Under the pieces are notes generated by a model, which saw nothing but the letters and a program-made list of their open reading frames with translations, was not told the DNA's origin and made no database searches. A DNA stretch of 63,349 nt, the filler included, from Moniliella sp. 'wahieum' (taxonomy: Eukaryota): assembly GCA_003971905.1 (NCBI GenBank). It is 3 parts of 3 records of this genome, joined end to end, with 100 filler letters (N's around TTAATTAATTAA, not from the genome) between each part and the next. Parts side by side here need not be neighbours in the genome. Positions count along the whole stretch, not along the records: positions 1 to 22,136 come from RSEE01000185.1; positions 22,237 to 49,110 come from RSEE01000186.1; 1 more part is not named here. One strand, given 5' to 3'. A program made the translations under genes and the position numbers. Positions 11,359 to 24,954 of this stretch are shown here, in pieces (positions within the stretch are counted from its first letter, which is position 1; each line of letters opens with the position of its first letter).

Positions 11359-14300
11359 ATGTGCGCGGCGCAAAGGCGGCGCAGCGCGTCTCCCGTGGCA
11401 TCGCCGCTCCCACCCTTACCACCACCACCACCACCACCACCACCACCACCACCACCACCACCACAACCACATCCTCCTCCTCCCCCCCTTCGCTCCCTCC
11501 GGCCCGCGCCAGCGCCGTGCGGCACGCCGCGCTCCTCGCCGAGCACATCGAGCAGACGCGCTTGCGGCTACGTCCTGTCCCGCGCCGTGTCTCCCTGGGC
11601 ACAACCCCCGCGTCCTCTGATCGGCCACCGCCCGTGTCGGGACGCTGGACGCGGCTGGAAAAGGATCTGCTCTACCCGGCGCTCGCGCGGCACTCTAAGC
11701 ACCGCCCCCGACCTCGTAGCCCAGGACATCAATGTCGCCCTCGCTGCGTACCGGCGGGACGGCCACCCGCCTGCCCTCCGGTCAGCAGGAAAGACCGAGG
11801 TCCAAGTGGTGATGTACGTTGCGCGTTTGGAGGCTGGCAAAACCGCTTGGTCCAATGACTTGCTCGCTACCGAGCCGGCCTACACCCACTTTCTTTCCCA
11901 CTCCAGCACACAGCAACGTACTTCCACTTCCATCGCGCCTGATCAGGCTGAGGAGCTGCAACAGGCGTTTGGAAGGTTGCGCGCACGCGCACGTACTTCT
12001 CAATGGGGCGGGTTCCGGTTCCATCTGGATGCCGAGGGCGCGTCGTCGCTCGTGCTTGGTCTGGATGCCCATCCGGCCGCGAGAGAGGTGAGTGACGAGT
12101 TGGTCAACTTGGAGGAACGAGCGGCCAGGTTGCTGAACCAGCTCGATACCACCTTGGCGGAAAAAGCTACGTTGCAAGCACTCTTGATGAGCACGCTTCA
12201 ACATGCTGCGTCTGAGGCCAATGTCGCTTCCTCCCCGGCCCCCTTTGGCGCACCCGAGATTGCTTCAGCGGCATTTGTGCCTTCGGTCCCGGTGGACGAG
12301 GCATTAGATAACATGGCTGTCTTGGTCCACCGTCTGCTCTCGCCCTTGGCACAGGACTACCCCATCTACCCTGCCCAAGGCGGGTTTCCTGCCGTCGTCA
12401 AATCCGTCCTGGTAAGTGGCGTGGACATGGTCCGCACCGTAGTGCAACTTTGTGTCCCTGCGCACATTGCTCCGGCCGAAGTCAATGCGTATCGCAACGC
12501 TCGTCCAGCCCTTCAGTGGCCCTCGCCGTACGAACAAGTGGACCAGGCTCATGCGATGGCCCGATGGGTCATCCTCGCCTTCCTCAGTAAAGGTTACCTC
12601 TTCCCGTTTGACTTGGACGAGCGGCAAATCCTCCCTTTTCTCACCGAGCTCGAAACGAATACGGCAGCAAGCGACGTGCCTTTATTTCAGAAGTTGGTCC
12701 CTGGGGTCTTGGTGCCCGATTGGACCCTTGTGACGCACAACGAGGCCACCAGCGCGGTTCAACGACAATTCCAAGGCGCTAGCTTACGTGCCGACCTGGC
12801 CCTGGTCGCAGGCGTAGTGACCTCCTCTGGCTTCCCAGAACTCTGGGCGGCCCAACGCGTCCAACAAGACTACGATGACAACCTCCCTCCGGAGCAAGTG
12901 GAGCCAAGGGCGGACGCAGAGGCGGACCAGAGGCCAGACTGGCAGGGTAGGTATCCCCTTCCTCTCCCGACCTTTCGTCCTCCCCCTGTTCCGCGGAGGA
13001 AACTGGCTTATACATTCGCCCCGACGGCCATACGTTACGTTTCTCCCTTGCGGTACTTGAGGCGCAGGCCGATCCAGTCCGCCAACCAACCGGACGGGCG
13101 GAACGGGACCAGATCTGAGGAAGAGAATCTCGAGGCCGAGGCCGAGGCCGAGGCATACCGACCTGCCTTCCCCAAGGAGAAACCGAGGTGGCTCTCATCT
13201 TCCGGCGGACTGGCCACGTTCCCCTGGGGCGATACGTACGCTGCGCTCTGTCGTACTCGTGAGCGATCCCACCTTCTGCAGCCGCAACAGGGTCCCTTTG
13301 CACCCTGCCTCGGCACTGTAGTACCCTCCTCCCACGTCGCCCAGCGCCTGCTGCCCATACTGCACTTGCCCACTTTGGCCCGTCTCCTGCGCTCGCACGA
13401 CGGCGCAAATCATCTGGGCTGGGACAGCCTGGTGGAAATCGGTTCGGCACTCGAGGCGTTCCTCCACACTGTCTTGCGCGAATGCGTGGCGCAGTACCGC
13501 CACGTCAAGTCTCCCCCCGACGAACAGCTCGTTCCCGTCCCCCAGGCCGAGCAGCAGCCTGCAAACCGCGGTGCCAGTCCGGGTGGTTATGAGGTAGGTA
13601 CGGTCCAGGCTCCTGCTTCGTCCCCCAACCGTTCAGCCAGTTCGCACGCCGACCTTGCGGACCAAGTGGACGATCAGGTGCCAGTGAGGGATCAGGATCG
13701 GGCGTCCCCGTCGTCCAACCTGGACGTTAGACCGGGGCGACACCATGAAGAACAAGAGCAAGAGCAAGAGCATCTACAAGAACAAAAGCAAGACCAACAA
13801 CAAGAGCAAGAGCAAGAACAAGAGCAAGAGCAAGAACAAGGGCCAGACCAAGAAGGAGAAGAAGAAGGGACCCAGTCTCCTGACCCATCGCACCCGCCAC
13901 GAGAAGGACAAATCCCCTCCCCCCGTGGCGACGGTCCGTCCGACGAAGCCGCAGTGCCTGAACCTGGGCCAGGGGGGGACGCCCCCACGCCCCCACCCAA
14001 ACCCAGCATGATGATCACGGAAGAACTGATGATTGGTGCGCTGGCGCGCTTGGCACCGGACCTTCTGGTACGTCCAACTGACCTGCCGCAAGCGCGAGGG
14101 GAACCCCCGTCCGCCGAACCAACCCAACCGTCAGCGCAACCGTCAGTCCACCTGCGAGTGCCACAACCACCGCGAGCGCGACAGCTCACCGCACGCACCC
14201 GCCTCGCCCAGATGAGGGGCGAGTACGATCCTCCCACCCTCTGGTGCGGCAAGGGCGAGCCAGCGGGCTTACTGGGCATAACTCCTGGTAGTCTTCGGTC

Positions 14301-15323
14301 CCGCCCAGCCGGGGTGGACGCGCAGCAGCAGCGACAACTGGACTACGAGGCCGGACTGGGATGGGGAAAGTCACTTTGGCTCCCTGCTGATCGGAAGCGC
14401 AGACGGAGGGAGCTTGAGCAGCGTACGGACGTGGTGGAGGTTGCTGTGGATGGAGGTGGTGGAGTGGATGGAGTGGACGGAGTGGACGAAGTGGGGGGAG
14501 TAGGTCCCAATTCGAAACGTCGACGGGCTGCTCGTATGTCCGAGAGTAGGTTTCCTTCACTTTCCTTGTTCTATCCTTCTACGGCGGCAGGGGACGCGGC
14601 GATTCAGCAGATGGGCCTGGCTGAGTGGTCTGCACCGGAGCAGGAGCAGGAGCAGGTGCAGGTGCATGAGAACGAGGAGGACCGTGGAGCATCTGCCACT
14701 TCCCCCCGCTTAGGCTTGTCCCCAGCGCCCAGTGAATCGAGCTTGTCGGATGCGGAGATCGAGACTGAGGGCGAGGAGGAGGAGGAGGAGGAGGAGCGTG
14801 ACATGTTGGAGGATGCTTCGGGTGCGCAAGAGGACCAACTTTCCACGGATGGGGAGCTGACCGATGCGCCTCTGGACGATGTGGACGAGGACGTGGTGAT
14901 GGCCGAAGCAGGAACGTCGGAGGAGGAGAAGTGCCAGTGCCAGTGCCTGGCTCGCAGTCCGAAGCGAGTGAGCCAGGTGCTGCGTCCGAGCCCGAGCCGG
15001 AGTGCGAGTCGGACACCTCGATCTTCTCGGACGACGACGAGGCGATGCCGCACTCGCTCGCGCACCTCTTCAAGGCGCGGGGGAGGGACATTCCGCGCGT
15101 CCCGGGCGAGAAGGACAAGCGGGTGGCGACCCTGTGCTTTGATTGGCCTGCGGCGCCGCCGGAGGGAGGCGAGGTGGGCGAGGGGCGGCGGGGATCGGTG
15201 CGGCTGTGGCCGCCGGTGCAGGAGTGGTACGACGACCCGATGGAGCATGCGCGCGTCGACGCGCACGACGGCGAGGTGGATGCGTCGTTCGAGAAGGAGC
15301 TCTGGGCGCTGTATCGCTCCTGA
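11359..15323 (+). CDS. RRN5: Rrn5-like RNA polymerase I upstream activation factor subunit (Myb/SANT N-terminus)
   Basis: Stitched frames give WTRLEKDLLYPALARHSKH-PDLVAQDI...KTEVQVVMYVARLE (Rrn5-type SANT). Also LEAFLHTVLRECV, ITEELMIGAL and a C-terminal DAHDGEVDASFEKELW. Several frameshifts and low-complexity E/Q/P tracts. Confidence 0.65.
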
Positions 15324-15887
15324 TTGCGTATTGTTTTCTTTATCTTCTGCTGGTCTGAGCTACATCATAGTACACCTGCCCCCACAACACGCGCGCATGT
15401 CAGCGCCATTATAACCCATGCATCACACCTGGCGCTGTTCTGTCCGACCCTCTCTATGGTATCTTCTCTTGGGATCGATGCATCGCTTCTTCTCTTTCTC
15501 TTTCTCTTCCTCCTGTAGGCCTCGCGTCCTTTGTTACACCGAATGTGCTTGCCGAGCGAGCGAACGACCGCAGCTCTTCCACCCGGAGCGCCTGAGAGTG
15601 AGGTTGTCACACCTGTCACCTGGCCTGTGACATGTCACACGTCACGCGTCACATGCCACCCCGCTGTTGCACCGATGCTGACCCACGCCGGGGCAGGGCG
15701 CCAGTGCCGCGCCAGGCTCGCACCCCGCCGGTGTTCCACGTGCCCCACGCCCACACTGCCCCCCTGCGCCCGCCGACAATACGCGCGCGGTAGGGTTGGG
15801 TGCGCCGCCACGTCGATCCTCCCATCGACCAGCGCGCCAACCCACCACCACCGCCTGCTGCCCAACGCCCCCATCAGCATCGCTCCC

Positions 15888-16983
15888 ATGGCCTCCAAGG
15901 AGTACACCTCCGTCCCCATCCAGGACACCAAGCCCGATGCTGTCCCCGCGGCCCCCGCCCCCGCAGCCACCACCCTGCCCTCCTCCCTGCCCGGCGGCGC
16001 TCCCCGCCCGCCCGAGCGCAAGCTCCACCCCGTCATCCCCATCTCCTTCTGGATCGGCTCCTCGATGACCGTCATCATCTACAATGCGTGCGTCCCCGCC
16101 GCTTGCGCGTGCTCTTTGCGCCCCCCAACCCCGCTAACCCCTCCCCCCCCCCCGCCTCTGCAGATACATCCTCAAGAAGGACGGCCTCAACTTTGGCTAC
16201 CCCATCTTCCTCACCACCTTCCACATGGCCTTTGCCGCCCTCGGCACCCGTGTCCTTGCCCGCTACACCCACCTCATGGACGGTCTCCACAACGTCGAGA
16301 TGACCCGCGAGCGCTGGATCCGCAACATCTCCCCATCGGCGCCCTCTTCGCCGCCTCGCTCATCTTTAGCAACTACGCCTACCTCTACCTCAGCGTGTCC
16401 TACATCCAGATGGTCAAGGCCTTCACCCCCGTTGCTGTCCTGCTCATGTCCATTGCATTTGGTCTCAAGGCAGCCAACGCGACCCAGCTTGGGATTGTGT
16501 TTGGCATCTCGTGCGGTGTGGCCATTGCGTCCTATGGCGAAGCCAAGTTCGACCTATTTGGCTTTGTGCTGCAGGCCGTCGCGATCCTATTCGAGTCGAC
16601 GCGTCTGGTCATGATCCAGGTACTGCTGCAAGGTCTCAAGATGGACCCGCTCGTGTCGGTGTACTACTTTGCCCCTGTGTGCGCGGCGATGCTGGCTGTC
16701 GTACTTCCCTTTGTCGAGGGCTGGGCTCCCTTTGCCCACCTGGGCGATGTAGGTCCCATGGTCCTGCTCAGCAACGCATCTTGCGCATTTGCCCTCAACT
16801 TGGCCCTCGTTCCTCATTGGCGCTGCGTCCTCCCTCGTGCTCACCCTGGCTGGCGTGGTGAAGGATATCTTGCTCATCGTCGGATCCATGGTCATCCTCA
16901 ACTCGGTTGTCACCGGCACCCAAATGTTCGGCTACAGCATTGCCCTCGCTGGCTTGGTCGCATTCAAGCTCTACAAGGCGTAA
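15888..16983 (+). CDS. TPT-family transporter, copy 2 (frameshifts near 16329 and 16810, probably errors)
   Basis: Matches 1506-2603 apart from small indels. Confidence 0.85.
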
Positions 16984-18632
16984 CGGGAACGGAATGCACT
17001 GCGTACAACTGAACTGGCTTCCCACCTCTCCTCTCCTTCTTCTCCTTCTCCTTGTCCTTTTTCCTCCTAGCAACTTGGCCCTCCAGGCGCACGAAAATCG
17101 CTAAACGTAACCGTGGGTGGGCGATTTCGGTGTCACATGTCACTAGTCACTAGTCACTGGTCACTAATGACTGGCCTGGTTCCCGGTTACCGTTACGCGT
17201 TACCGATTACCGGTTAACAATGTGGGGGACAGGGTCCAGGACACCCACCACCCTACTACACACCGTACTCCCCCGTCCCTATTCTGTCGCTTTTCTTTGT
17301 GCTAGCTCCTTCCCCCACACCCGACTCTATACATCTCCGTCTCCCCCTCCCCCCCACTCTATATTCTGGCGTTTTATTCCGGTCGCGAAAGGATTCGTTT
17401 TGGAGAGAAATCATTACTCAGTGGGATTTCGGAGGTGGGCTTGGGAAATTTGGACGCCGCCAATATTCAATGCCGCCAGGAAATGCGCAACAAGTCTCAT
17501 CGTGCTGGGCTCAAGCTTGGGCGCCCCTTGTCAACCAGTGGAAAGGGGCCTGGAGGGGCTAGTGGTTGAACTTGGGGCAACCATTGTCGGCAAGAGGCAA
17601 AGTGCGTCATACGTGTTTTACTTGGGATCGCGCGTAATTCTCTCACCTCCGGCCTCGCTTGCATTGATTGTGGATTGAAGCTTGAAGGGAGCACCCACCC
17701 ACCTTCAGTGCTAAGGACTGCTTGAACCACAATTCTCGCATTCCAATTCCCCTCTTCAGTCTTTAGCGAGTAGTCAATGGACCGGTGGGTCTCGACGTAT
17801 GGCTTGTTTGGGCCTTAGAACAAGGCACTCTCCGTCAGGCCCCGTCTACCGGACACCCAAGCAGCCATCGGCCATTTCATTCGTCATGCGTCACGGCGAC
17901 CACAGGAAAATTCGATTCCAAGTGAATCGAAGTGCGGAAAGAGGTGTGTTCAGGCCTAAGGTCTCCTCTTAGCTCGTCTCATGCAGTTCCAGTCTTCGAC
18001 CCAATACCAGCTCCAACCGACGCCAGACGCTGTCATTTTCCTCCTCGACATAATCCTCTTCGTCTACGTCTACTTCGCATCTTAGTATGAAGGCAATAAA
18101 TCACTGCCCAACCTGGTGGGTACGCACTTTTCCGCATCATCAGCTAGGGGCCCCTTCTGACCAACGCCAACAAACCTACTATCATCTGTCTTCTGCCCAC
18201 TCTATTACGTCAAATGTCGTACGAATTCAACGGCGTGCCGTCGAAAGAGAAAGAGGTTGGTACCGAAGACAGTGGCGTCATAACGCGTCATATGCACAGT
18301 CCCGAAGAAAACGGGGGTAGAGGGGATGATGTACTGATAGGTACAAACCCTTAATTCGGGGGTTCGTTTCTCTTTCATGGATCAATCAATGTCCGATTTT
18401 AGTCCCAAAAAGCAAAACGTGGTCGACACAAAGTAAAGTGTGACGAAGAGAAAAAAGGAAAAAGGAAAACAGGGCAGATAGGGGTGGGGGTGGGCAACTG
18501 TTGGTGCCGGGGCGTAATTTAATGGGCAGACGGAGGGAAAGAAAAAAAACAATCGAAAAAAGTGGGGGGGGGTTTCTCCACCGTTGCCCAGATCCGTCGG
18601 TTGCTTGTCCGGCTGGATTTGCAAGGGGACAA

Positions 18633-21395
18633 CTAGGTCGAAGAGGTGGGAGGCGCGTTCCTGTGGGGAAACAACGTATCGTTCCAGACCAGAACTTTTT
18701 CCATGGTATCGCCGTAGTCGTTCAGGGGCCCAAGTTTGTCCAGGTGATGATGGAAGCGGGTAAAGCGGGATTTGGTGCCATCTGTACCATACTCCATAGC
18801 CGCTATGATGGCTGTACAAAGCGAACTTCCAACAGAAGCGGCGGCAGAGAGAATGTAATTCATCCTGTTGACAACCAATCCAGAGATTTTGTTAGTGAAG
18901 AGAGTTAGCCACATTCATCCCTGGAACAATACAAAGGGAAGATAGAATAGTGGACGTACGCAATCCAATAATTCAACTGCCGACGACGGGAGAACAGTAG
19001 GTGAGTGAGAGCCCCCCAGAAAAACCAAGAGGTCCAGCTAATCGCTGCAAAAAGTGCGAATTGCGATATACCACCAAAGAAAAGCGGCCAATGGATCGAG
19101 CGGAGGTGAGCAACATGATTCAACTCCGGCGAAATCCGTACGGCAAGGTACAAGAGCAGGGGCGCGACTGCACCAATAAGGAAGAAGTACAGAGTCCATT
19201 GGTAGTGGTGCAGGAACCCGTTCTTCTGAGGCCCGACACCAGTCCAATACATGGGATCGTACAACCCTTCAATCCGCAGTTCGGCTTCTTTGCTGAATTT
19301 CAGCTTATCGGAACTCCACCCAATCCAGATTCCACTTTGCAATACCGAGCAGACCAATTGTGTTCCCACCAGTACAAAAAAGCTGATCCGTGGCGGGATC
19401 TTAAAGTAGACAGCCAGTTTGGAGCAGCCACAGTAGAGCATGGCTTGTTGGATGGTGCCCGTGCAGCATAGCTGAAAGATCGGAAGGATGGTCGTGTGAC
19501 CAGGCAGCGCAGCACCAGCAATCAAAGTCGCCATGTGCTCGACACACTTCAATTCAACCGAAGTGCGGCCCGCCACAATGCCCACTGGCACAATGAAGAT
19601 TGCAGCCAGCGCCAGGGCAAGCACAATCGCCCAAACCGGTACCGAGGTGTGGTACACGTGCACCATGGGGATGGCAAAGGCAAAGGCAACCAGAAGCAAA
19701 CACAGGTACCACCAGATGGGAACAGCCGGGTAGCCAGCGAGTTGGCTGGCGTGGGGGTCAGGCGAATCAGCCACTTTGGATACTTTCCACCAGCGGCGGA
19801 GGTCACCGCCATGGAAAAGCGGAGTGTGCACGAGCAAGGCGGTACATGCGGCATAGGAGAACGCCCAAGTGATGACGATTGAGGCGGAAAAGTATCCCTG
19901 TGGGTGGGTCGGGTGACTCAAATTGGGGAGGATCTAGATACATGTCTTGGGGCAAGGGGTTGAAATACATGTTGGTGGTGTTGAGCGGTGGGTACCAAAT
20001 CACGTCGATAAGGCCATAAGGAATGCAGGCTGCTAGGTTCTTGTTGGTGAAAAAGATCGGAACGGCAATGACCCACATGGCAACGACGAAGCCACAAAAT
20101 ACGTTGACCAGCGCGCCCCGCGGTACAATCAAGGGTGAACTCAAAGCTGCGATCACTAAATTCCAGTCCAGGCACCAAAAAGACCCGCTCATGCCACCCT
20201 TTCCATCAAACAATAGATTGACCCCAAAGCTGGACGGAGAAATCCACGTCGGCCACTCGAATCTTGCCAGAGGCGGATAGAGGAATAGCGGGATCCAGTG
20301 CCACACGAAAATGACCGTCGCCACAATCCAGAAAACGAGGCGACGGTTCCAGTTGCCACGCCGAACCCCGTGTAACGCCGTCAACATTGCACTGGTCTGA
20401 AGTTGCTGCGGGTATATGAGCTTACCAGGCCAAATGAGAAGACGTGTGGCAAGACCTGCCAAGGCAAATCCAAAGAATGGGGTCGAGAGGTAAATTAGAA
20501 AAAGGAAGCCGGGCGGGAATGTGTAAGGTCTTTCTGGGTCACCAGCATTTGTGGCTGCAAACATTCCAGCCAAGTATTGCAAGGTTAAGTTGGGGCCCAT
20601 GGCGACCGCAGCGACGATGGTGCAGATCCTGCGCGACACAATCACATGTGTCAGCCACAGAGCTCTCCTTTTTTAGAACTTCAACGTCTCGGAAGATGGA
20701 ACGCACGTATGTTCCTTGAGATTGAAAGGGCCCGGGTTGATGAACCAAGCCATGGGCCAGTGGGATGGGTACGGTATTTTCGATAGCGCGAAACCCAAAC
20801 AGTAGGTGAATGGCTGTACCAACACCGCACTTGTAGACACAAAGATCTGTGGGTCGGCATCGGTTCCTCTGGTTTCCAAAGCCACGAGGGCGGTCGTGAG
20901 GCCGAGGGCCAGGATAATGGAAAGCAGCCAGGTGCGGATCGTGTTGAATGGCATATCTGGGTCGTCTTCATTAGGCACGACGGCACGCACACGCACATCA
21001 GCCAAGTCCCGGACATTCTCTTCGTCTGTGTCGGTTTCATCTCCATTGTTCGCGCCTTCACCCCATTGGTCCGGTTCCCGTTTTTCGTTCGTCGCGGGTT
21101 GATTCCCAAAGGGTTCATCATGTGGACTCAGCAGCGGATCGTCGTGATAGAGCGCGTTTTCCAAGAGCCACGCTGTTTCCATCTCATTCTCGTTGTCGTT
21201 TTCGCCTGTGGTTGTGAACGATGGCGCGGTAGTCTTATTGTACGTCCCTTTGGTTGTTGACGTTATGCTTTCAGTTGTGAGAGACTCAAACGAGTCGATG
21301 GAATCCAGCTTTGACGGAAAGCCCGAGTCATTGGAAAGTGGGCGGGTCCGTTCCTCATCCACTTCAGTGGGCCCGCTCGAGCGAGGAGTCGACAT
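18633..21395 (-). CDS. OPT oligopeptide transporter, copy 2
   Basis: Duplicate of 4253-7034. Its indels differ from copy 1; for example it reads VFCGFVVAMW in frame. Confidence 0.88.
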
Positions 21396-22136
21396 GATGT
21401 CTAGCCTTTTCTTTTTCTTGTGGTGTTGGTGTTAGTGCTCGGTGTTATTGTTGTTGGTGGAGGGGGCCTGGGCTGGGCAGTGGGTGGGGGAAAGAGGGAG
21501 GAAGGCAAGTGCTGGACGGGTGTTTTATACCCCGTCCCCCAGTGCCCACCGGCCACTGGCCAACCACCAGGCCACGCAAGCGGGTGGGCAGCAGGCACCC
21601 ACTAATCAGCCCACGCCTGCACAGTGCCTGTACCCACAGCACTAGGGTTGTGGGCACGTCCACCCACCTTATGTAATTGTGCACCCACCCCGCGGAGATT
21701 AACTCTACGTGCGAGACAAAATTCTAGTTGGTTCAGTCGGTCCGCAATGGCAGCAAGTGTCCTACCGGTGGATCTTGCTTGACTGAGGCTCTCCTTCTGG
21801 TCTCGGCCTGCTCGCCCCATCCACCCCCACTTGCGCCACGGCCCCTGCTAACAGTGCCTCCCCACCTCCTTTCCAACCATACATCCCGCGTGTGTGTGTT
21901 TGCACGCAAGAAGCCCCCCAACGATCAGTGCCAGGCCGGCTTGCTATCCTCTGCCACAACGTCTCTTTCCCTCACTAGTCACTTGCTCTCCCACAACCAA
22001 AAACGCCTGCGTGCGTCCAGTGTGCCATTCATTGCATCCGCACCCTGAGCATCGGGGCGGGGATTCCATAGAATATGCCGGTAGCGTAGGACGAACAGCA
22101 CCTTTACTTTACTTCTTGGCCTCGGCCGCAGCCGCC

Positions 22137-22236
22137 NNNNNNNNNNNNNNNNNNNNNNNNNNNNNNNNNNNNNNNNNNNNTTAATTAATTAANNNNNNNN
22201 NNNNNNNNNNNNNNNNNNNNNNNNNNNNNNNNNNNN
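22137..22236. other. Artificial contig linker N44-TTAATTAATTAA-N44
   Basis: 100-bp spacer with a six-frame stop cassette at 22181-22192. Confidence 0.98.
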
Positions 22237-23471
22237 GCGTGGTTAGCGGACGGACGAAAGGCCATTCGGTCCCGTCGGGCTGGGCGAGGGGTGCCAGCCG
22301 CTTGGAAGATGCGTCGGTCAGGCCGATGAAGAATCGAGCCTGCCCGGGAGACAGCGTGGGTTTCGCGCTCTCTTTCCCGGTCCCTCTCGCGTTCACGGGC
22401 AGGCTCCTTAGCCAAAATGTGATCGGTATGGTCAACGAGGGAGTCATACCTGCGTGTCTGGGTTGGTGGTGCTGGTTTTCGAATGCGTAAGGGAGGTGGA
22501 AGCCAGGGCTAGGAGGTCAGGGAGGCCAGGAAGGTATGAGAGCAATGGGGGGTATGGCGCATCGTCATCGAGGTGCTTGCTCGTATCGGACGAGAGCGGC
22601 AGCGTGTTAGCGATGCGGCTCGGTCGTGGCCGCGCATCGAGGCAGACGTATTACCTTCCACCGCATTCCGTTTGGAAGGGAGGTCCTCTCTCCTCGTCTC
22701 ACGACTTGTTCCCCCCGTCACCCCGCTGCTGGAGGGGCCGGGGAGACGGAGGCACGGGGCGCATCCCTTGGCTGGGAGTAGGCAGAAGCGGAATGGTTAG
22801 AGCGGGGCGGTAGACGAATGAGCAGCGTGCAGGGGAGAGTCCGTGGTATGGTGCAAAGTACGGCCAGGCATGCCATTGGGAAGATGCGAGGCTGGGTATG
22901 GAGAGCGAATGGAAGTCAATGGGCGATCGGGTGAGCTGGCTTGGTACCCTTGTTTGGACGGTACGCGTCGAATCGGAGCCAAGGAGGGAGAGGGCGCCTC
23001 ATTCCTCCTGTCCACTTTGGTCGGGGAAGCGGACAACGCACTCATGCCACCTCCTTGGTCCGACTCGGATTCCGAGGGTTCAAACGTCACATTGTCCAAG
23101 TGCCGGGACTGGCGCGAGCTCTTGTTGGGGATGCGGTGGGACGAAAAGGCAGGAGACGAAGGCGTGCTCTGCACCGGGAAAAAGGCGACGACGATGTCCT
23201 GCGCGTGGACGTGGATGAGGCGAGGATGAGGGCGAAGACGAAGACGAAGGGGAGGAGGGAGGGGAGGTGGCGCCACCGAACCGTTCCGCACCCCATGCGG
23301 AAGCGACAATCATCCCCGAGACCGCAGCGCGAGAAACATCAGCGGCATAGGGGTCGAGGTACGACCGATCTCCTCGGGGGCCAGATCCCAACCTGCTCCC
23401 CACACTGCCCATGCCAAGCGTGGAGACCTCTTCGGCGAGGGGCAGGAGCGCATCGATCGGGAGGGGACGAC

Positions 23472-23526
<55 letters not shown>

Positions 23527-23791
23527 ATGGCGACATGGACGGCAACCGCGTCGACGCGGCGGCGAGCTGCGGGGCAACAAGGGAATCGGGGCTGTGGGCA
23601 CGGAAGGCAAGTGGGATGGGCGCACGGCTGGCCTGGCGTGGCGGCGGTGGGCGCACGCTGCGGGGAGGCGGGAGTCGGAGTGCATGTCGCGCAGGCGGCG
23701 GGCGGGCAGGGTGGGGGAGGAGGGGCTGTATGCGGCACTGGGGGGGGGCGTGCTGGAGGAGGGCGCAGGGCGCGGGCTGGACGGGAGACAT
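22237..23791 (-). CDS. Hypothetical Ser/Pro-rich low-complexity protein, partial (runs off the contig)
   Basis: Overlapping minus ORFs (MSPVQPAP..., SPSPSP repeat, LLPLAEEVSTLGMGS, HLDNVTFEPSESESD) appear joined by frameshifts. No recognisable domain. Confidence 0.4.
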
Positions 23792-24954
23792 GGTGGGCCC
23801 CCGTGTGGCGCCAGCGGACGTGCAGAGGAGGCGAGGCGAGGCGAGGCGGGGAGAAGTAGCAGGTGGAGCAACGCACACCCGTGGGCACGCCAGATGGGAG
23901 AGGCAGCGTGAAGCTGAAGCGCACTCGGACTGGGCCGCGTGCCTCGCGGCTCCCTGGGCGGCCAGTGGGGCCTTGCACGGCCGAAGCTCTGGGCTGAAGC
24001 TCAAACTCCACGCTTCAAGCTTCAAGCTTCCCCAGACAGCGAGCGCACCCACTACCCACCTCTCACCAACTCACCAACATCCATTCCGTGCCTGCCGCCA
24101 AGTACCCATCGCACCCATCCCACCACGCGTTTCACTAGCACCTAGCAACGCCTGTTGCGCCTCCCAGTGGCCCTCTCCGCCTTCCCCTTTCTTTCCCATT
24201 CGTCTGCCCCCTACCAACACCACCGCGTCCAACCTCTTCTAAGCGTTAACCTGGGCCGCCCTGCCCCCCCCCATTCGCCTTTCCTCATCCGCTCCACCAC
24301 CTCCACGTCCACAAACCGCATGCACACTCGCCCCCTGCCCCTGCCCCCGTCGGTCACGTGCCAGCCTGTGACCATCGCCACCGGCGACATGAATGTGCGT
24401 CACACGTCACGCGTCACATGCCCCAACTTGCTGCCCAACGCCAACCCACTCGCCTGCGCAGCCCCGCCGCACCCAGCAGCTCCCGTCGCCCCCGCATCGA
24501 CGTGTCCGTGCTCTACCTTGGCGTAGGCCACCACAGCCCCTCCAACGCGGCCCTTCGACACATCTTCATCCACAGCAATAACCTTTCGTGAAACGCAATG
24601 GTGGTATCGATGCGATGGTACGGCCCCGGTAATTAATAATTGAGGTACGGGTGCTAGTCAGTACGAAGCCGGCTGTTGCGTATAGGTTGAGATCTGAGGC
24701 TCGCTCAGATCTGAGCCCATGGGCCAAGGTCGGCCGCGCGCAAACGCCGGGGGAGAAGAAGAAAAGGGCGGCTACAGGAGGCAAGAGATCGTAGGCGTCT
24801 CTGGCAAAAGATGGACCGTCGTCTTTGCGATCTGGGTCCGCTGTGACAGTCACTAGTCACAGGTGACAGCATGCCAGATTACGTGACCCCTGCACGGGCA
24901 TTTGTTACCAACCCAGGCAAGAACTGCGAACCCACGCTCTGTGCCTCATCTGCC

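Larger units (their letters stand above)
15463..22136. repeat. Near-identical direct repeat of 1082-7782 (offset about 14.38 kb), truncated by the contig end
   Basis: The sequence matches from ttctcttgggatcga (1082/15463) to gccgcagccgcc (7782/22136). Differences are mostly small indels plus one 17-bp indel. Confidence 0.97.

Noticed and set aside
11418..11463. (CCA)n run and later (CAAGAG)n tracts in the Rrn5-like gene
   Set aside because: Ordinary coding low-complexity repeats.
22137..22236. TTAATTAATTAA palindrome inside N runs (also 49111-49210)
   Set aside because: It is an artificial six-frame-stop linker. Adjacency across it has no biological meaning, so the telomere at 49110 is not interstitial.
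23472..23525. (GAGGGT)9 as an interstitial telomere variant
   Set aside because: It lies within a probable ORF and encodes a Ser-Pro repeat on the minus strand; an ordinary coding microsatellite.
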